DNA of 64,000 nucleotides from the NCBI GenBank assembly GCA_963821845.1, contig CAWGFI010000006.1:65478-129477 (forward strand). Reading direction: 5' to 3'. The stretch's first letter is position 1. The number at the start of each line of letters is the position of its first letter. The stretch comes from an uncultured delta proteobacterium. Lineage in GTDB: Bacteria; Desulfobacterota; Desulfarculia; JACQYL01; CAWGVV01. Positions 61,199 to 64,000 of this stretch are shown piece after piece. The notes under the pieces are model-generated. The model did not search any database, was not told where the DNA came from, and saw only the letters and a list, made by a program, of their open reading frames with translations. Made by a program: the position numbers and the translations under genes.

Positions 61199-61213
61199 GC
61201 AAGGCGCATGCCA
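61199..61213 (-). promoter_or_regulatory. sigma54 (-24/-12) promoter upstream of the E1 alpha gene
   Basis: The minus strand reads TGGCATGCGCCTTGC, matching TGGCAC-N5-TTGC with correct GG/GC spacing. It lies ~80 nt upstream of the ATG at 61120. Confidence 0.7.
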
Positions 61214-61308
61214 GGACGAATGCGGTATACGGATACCGTGTAAGCAGCTAATATTAAAATGATTATCTTGAATAAGGTGGATGCGCGTCTTTGATTGTCT
61301 CAGGATGG

Positions 61309-61325
61309 TGTCTCACAATGAGACA
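61309..61325. promoter_or_regulatory. palindromic candidate enhancer (UAS) for the divergent sigma54 activator
   Basis: TGTCTCA-CAA-TGAGACA is a perfect inverted repeat, ~100 bp upstream of the -24/-12 element. An extra TGTCTCA half-site lies at 61296-61302. Confidence 0.5.
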
Positions 61326-61547
61326 AAGGTGTTCTATTTTGGGACATTCCGGGCGCCCGTTTCTTCAGCGATGACTCCCACCTCGGCCGTCATGGCTGCG
61401 GTCCCGATCCGTGAAGGCCACATCATAAATCGCTTTACCGGCGGCGAGAAAAAACGTAATATTTCCCATACCCCGCAGACAATCACGTACTGTTCAAGCG
61501 GTTTACTCACGCAGTCCCGGATCAACGCTTAAAAATCCAGGAGAACT

Positions 61548-63554
61548 ATGAAGCCGGACCAGACCGAATCGATGTACGCCCGCGAGGGTTCCGCCCATCG
61601 TGAAGACCCCGTGAAAAAGTGTTGGGAAGATGTCGTGCTCAAAGGCGGGGAACGGTTCGCCGCCGATGTGCGGCCGGAAATTCTGGCGTCCTGGCAAAAG
61701 TGCCGCGAAAACAATCTGGACCCCTACGGCCCCAACATGCCCCCGTCCCTGTCGGAAGCGCAGCTCGACAAACTGCTGGCGGCCAATAAAAAGCTCATCG
61801 ATTATTCCGGGCCGGTCATCGAGATGATCGAACTCTCGAGCAAGGGAACCGGCTTTATCGTCACCCTCACGGACAAGGAAGGATTCGTTCTGCTGGTTCG
61901 AGGCGACCACGAAATACTCCAGATGGCGGAACGGAATTTCTATCTGCCCGGCTGCGCTCGCAGCAACGAACGCGCCGGAACTAACGCCATCGGCATGTGT
62001 CTGGTGGAAGGCAAACCCATTCAGATCACCGGCGCCGAACATTATAAGGAACGCCATCATCCCTGGACGTGCTCGTCGGCCCCCATTTACGACAGCCAGG
62101 GGAACCTCATCGGGGCCATCACCCTGTCCGGCCAGTCCATCGGCCGGCACAGACACACCCTGGCCCTGATTACCGTGGCGGCGGAAATCATCGAAAGCAA
62201 TCTGCGCGAACGCGCCCTTATCGAAGAAAAGCAGCGCCTCAACTCGCTGATGACCTCCATATTCAATTCCATTTCAGACGGCGTGGTGGCCCTGGACAAT
62301 GAGCTGGTCATCACCAACCTCAACGCCGCCGCCGCGCGCATGCTGGGGCTGGACGCCGAAACGGCCGTGGGTTCGCGCCTGGACGAACTGGTGCAGCCCG
62401 ATACCGACCTCATACAGGCCATCAAGGACAAGCATCACTTTATCGGAAACGAAACCAGGTTCGTGTGCCCGGACGGCTACAAGACCTTTATCTGCCGCGT
62501 CGATCCCATCCGAAACACCGCCGGAAAAACCCTGGGCCTCACGCTGGTCATCACCGGCAAACGACAGGCGCTCAGCATCGCGCAGAAAATCGGCGGCGCC
62601 TACGCCAAGTACGAATTCAGCGACATCAAGGGGGGCAACGCTGATCTGCTCAAACAGGTGGAACTGGCCAAGATTTCCGCGCAGGCCAGCTCTCGGATTC
62701 TCATCATGGGCGAAACCGGCGCCGGCAAGGAACTGTTCGCCCAGGCCATTCACAATTTCAGCGACCGCCGGACCCAACCCTTCGTGGCCATTTCCTGCGC
62801 CGCCATTCCCCGGGACCTCATCGAATCGGAATTGTTCGGCTATCGGGGCGGCGCGTTCACCGGCGCCCGCCGGGACGGGCAGGTGGGAAAATTCGAACTC
62901 GCCAACCATGGGACGCTCTTTCTGGACGAAATCAACGGCCTTCCCCTGGACCTGCAATCCAAGCTGCTTCGCGCCCTGCAGCAGAACGAAATCATGCGGT
63001 TGGGCGACACGCGGTCCATCCCGATCGATGTCCGGGTCATCGCCGCCACCAACACCGACCTGTTCACCGAAGTGGAAAACGCCAACTTCAGGGAAGACCT
63101 CTATTACCGTATCAACGTGGTGGAAATAGCCATCCCCCCGCTGCGGGAACGAATCGACGACCTTGATTTGCTGCTCGAACACATCACGAACCGCCAGTCG
63201 CGGGAACCGGGCATGACCAGGCCGGATATCTCGAACGAAGCCTTGCAGGTGATGCGCGAATACCACTGGCCCGGCAACGTGCGGGAACTGGAAAACTGCG
63301 TTGAACGCGCGATGCTAATCGCGCAGGGCCGGACCATCCAGAAAATCCACCTGCCCGAACGGCTGTGGAAAAAACCCCGCCCCGAACCCGTGGGCGTGGT
63401 GGCGCTGCAGGACGGCTACCGGGAGATGATCCTGACCGCGCTGGAACGAAGCGGCGGCGCCGTGTCCATCGCCGCCCGCGAACTGGGTATCGCGCGTTCC
63501 ACCATGTACCGCAAGATGAAGGAATTCGGCATCCAGGTTTTTACCGGCCATTGA
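61548..63554 (+). CDS. sigma54-dependent transcriptional activator (AcoR-like: sensory N-terminus, PAS, AAA+, Fis-type HTH)
   Basis: 668 aa. GETGAGKELFA, GAFTGA, the ESELFGY region, and C-terminal IAARELGIARSTMYRKMKEFGI. Confidence 0.9.
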   Translation: MKPDQTESMYAREGSAHREDPVKKCWEDVVLKGGERFAADVRPEILASWQKCRENNLDPYGPNMPPSLSEAQLDKLLAANKKLIDYSGPVIEMIELSSKGTGFIVTLTDKEGFVLLVRGDHEILQMAERNFYLPGCARSNERAGTNAIGMCLVEGKPIQITGAEHYKERHHPWTCSSAPIYDSQGNLIGAITLSGQSIGRHRHTLALITVAAEIIESNLRERALIEEKQRLNSLMTSIFNSISDGVVALDNELVITNLNAAAARMLGLDAETAVGSRLDELVQPDTDLIQAIKDKHHFIGNETRFVCPDGYKTFICRVDPIRNTAGKTLGLTLVITGKRQALSIAQKIGGAYAKYEFSDIKGGNADLLKQVELAKISAQASSRILIMGETGAGKELFAQAIHNFSDRRTQPFVAISCAAIPRDLIESELFGYRGGAFTGARRDGQVGKFELANHGTLFLDEINGLPLDLQSKLLRALQQNEIMRLGDTRSIPIDVRVIAATNTDLFTEVENANFREDLYYRINVVEIAIPPLRERIDDLDLLLEHITNRQSREPGMTRPDISNEALQVMREYHWPGNVRELENCVERAMLIAQGRTIQKIHLPERLWKKPRPEPVGVVALQDGYREMILTALERSGGAVSIAARELGIARSTMYRKMKEFGIQVFTGH

Positions 63555-63839
63555 TATTTTTGGGAGGAATCCTTTTTGAAAAAGGGTTCCTCCCAAACCC
63601 TCCTCCGAAAAACTTTCGACTAGGATTATCTCGATTTTGTGGAACGGCCTCGTTCGCGACCCGGCCACTTCTCTTTGGTTCTCGACACTAATCAATTTCT
63701 ATTTCAATATACAAGGGGCGAAAAATTTTTCGCCCCTACGGGCGTGGGCCAGTCGTTGAGCCCGCCCCCGATTGCGCGCGTCAGGTGGCTATGGCATGTA
63801 GGGCGATTCGCGAATCGCCCCTACCTGATCAAGCGACTA

Positions 63840-63960
63840 ACACGCTCACCCGCCATTTCTCGCGCAGCGAGAAAGCGCCTGCGTCGGGATCTTCGAGGCG
63901 CGAAATTCCCCCGCAAAGCTTTTCATTTTTGCTTTTCATTTTTGCTTTTCATTTATAGTT
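63840..63960 (-). repeat. third, partial copy of the composite repeat (terminal module) ending in 13-nt tandem repeats
   Basis: GGGATCTTCGAGGCGCGAAATTCCCCCGCAAAGCTTTTCATTTTT parallels copy B (GGGATCTTCAAGGCGCAGGGATACCCCCGCGATGCTTTTTCTTTTT). GCTTTTCATTTTT is repeated ~2.9 times at 63918-63956. Confidence 0.65.
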
Positions 63961-64000
63961 CACAATCCAGTTCACGCCGTCCCGGTCTATTGCTATTCCG

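Noticed and set aside
63918-63956. 13-nt direct repeats GCTTTTCATTTTT as a possible CRISPR or minisatellite
   Set aside because: There are only ~2.9 contiguous copies with no spacers. They form the A/T-rich end of the composite repeat element, which has a similar A/T-rich end in copies A and B.

Overview
GC-rich bacterial chromosomal window. The gene content (TAXI-TRAP, sigma54 enhancer-binding protein, many hairpin REP-like repeats) suggests an anaerobic Desulfobacterota/Deltaproteobacteria-like organism, but this is a guess only. I found no rRNA, tRNA, CRISPR, transposase or integrase.

Layout:
- 1-9.8 kb: a partial CDP-alcohol phosphatidyltransferase, a secreted FN3/malectin protein, an orphan FdhE-like gene, a usp plus TAXI-TRAP transporter, and a GH13 glycosidase.
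- 10-13.7 kb: a lower-GC cluster of secreted proteins. It contains a tandem gene duplication (one copy frameshifted) and a shared, unrecognised W/Y-rich repeat module of about 90 aa.
- 13.9-21.6 kb: a minus-strand operon with an M20 amidohydrolase, two ATC-hydrolase-like genes, a cupin and livKHMGF.
- 22-26.8 kb: dodecin, a membrane protein, MarR, and an A+T-richer MBOAT/AlgJ-like pair.
- 26.9-43.8 kb: a collinear aromatic amino-acid supraoperon, trpE-D-C-F-B-A-G, DAHP synthase, aroA, aroE, aroK-aroB fusion, aroC, aroQ, then a second DAHP synthase, pheA and tyrA.
- 44-64 kb: a PHP-GT4 fusion, RNase HI, alkaline phosphatase, and a second ABC importer with SDR, VOC and a 2-oxoacid/acetoin-type dehydrogenase complex, under a sigma54 promoter and a divergent AcoR-like activator.

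The most interesting signals:
1. Three short leader-peptide ORFs rich in aromatic codons, each followed by intrinsic terminators. Two sit in tandem upstream of trpE (...YYFCWWRSS* and ...FFCFWYWRFFF...). One sits upstream of the second DAHP synthase-pheA-tyrA module (...FYYYFYYF...). None is in the ORF track.
2. By my manual frame tracking, the genes from trpD to the 5' end of aroA carry roughly 50-55 frame disruptions, with a further four in aroC and the second DAHP synthase. The encoded peptide segments remain family-typical, and the flanking genes and a 3.4 kb internal stretch are clean. Most changes are single-base run-length changes, which points to consensus or assembly error. At least one is an exact 7-nt tandem duplication, so real, very recent decay cannot be excluded.
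3. Composite hairpin-repeat blocks of about 340-370 bp, in inverted orientation, bracket the pheA-tyrA module.
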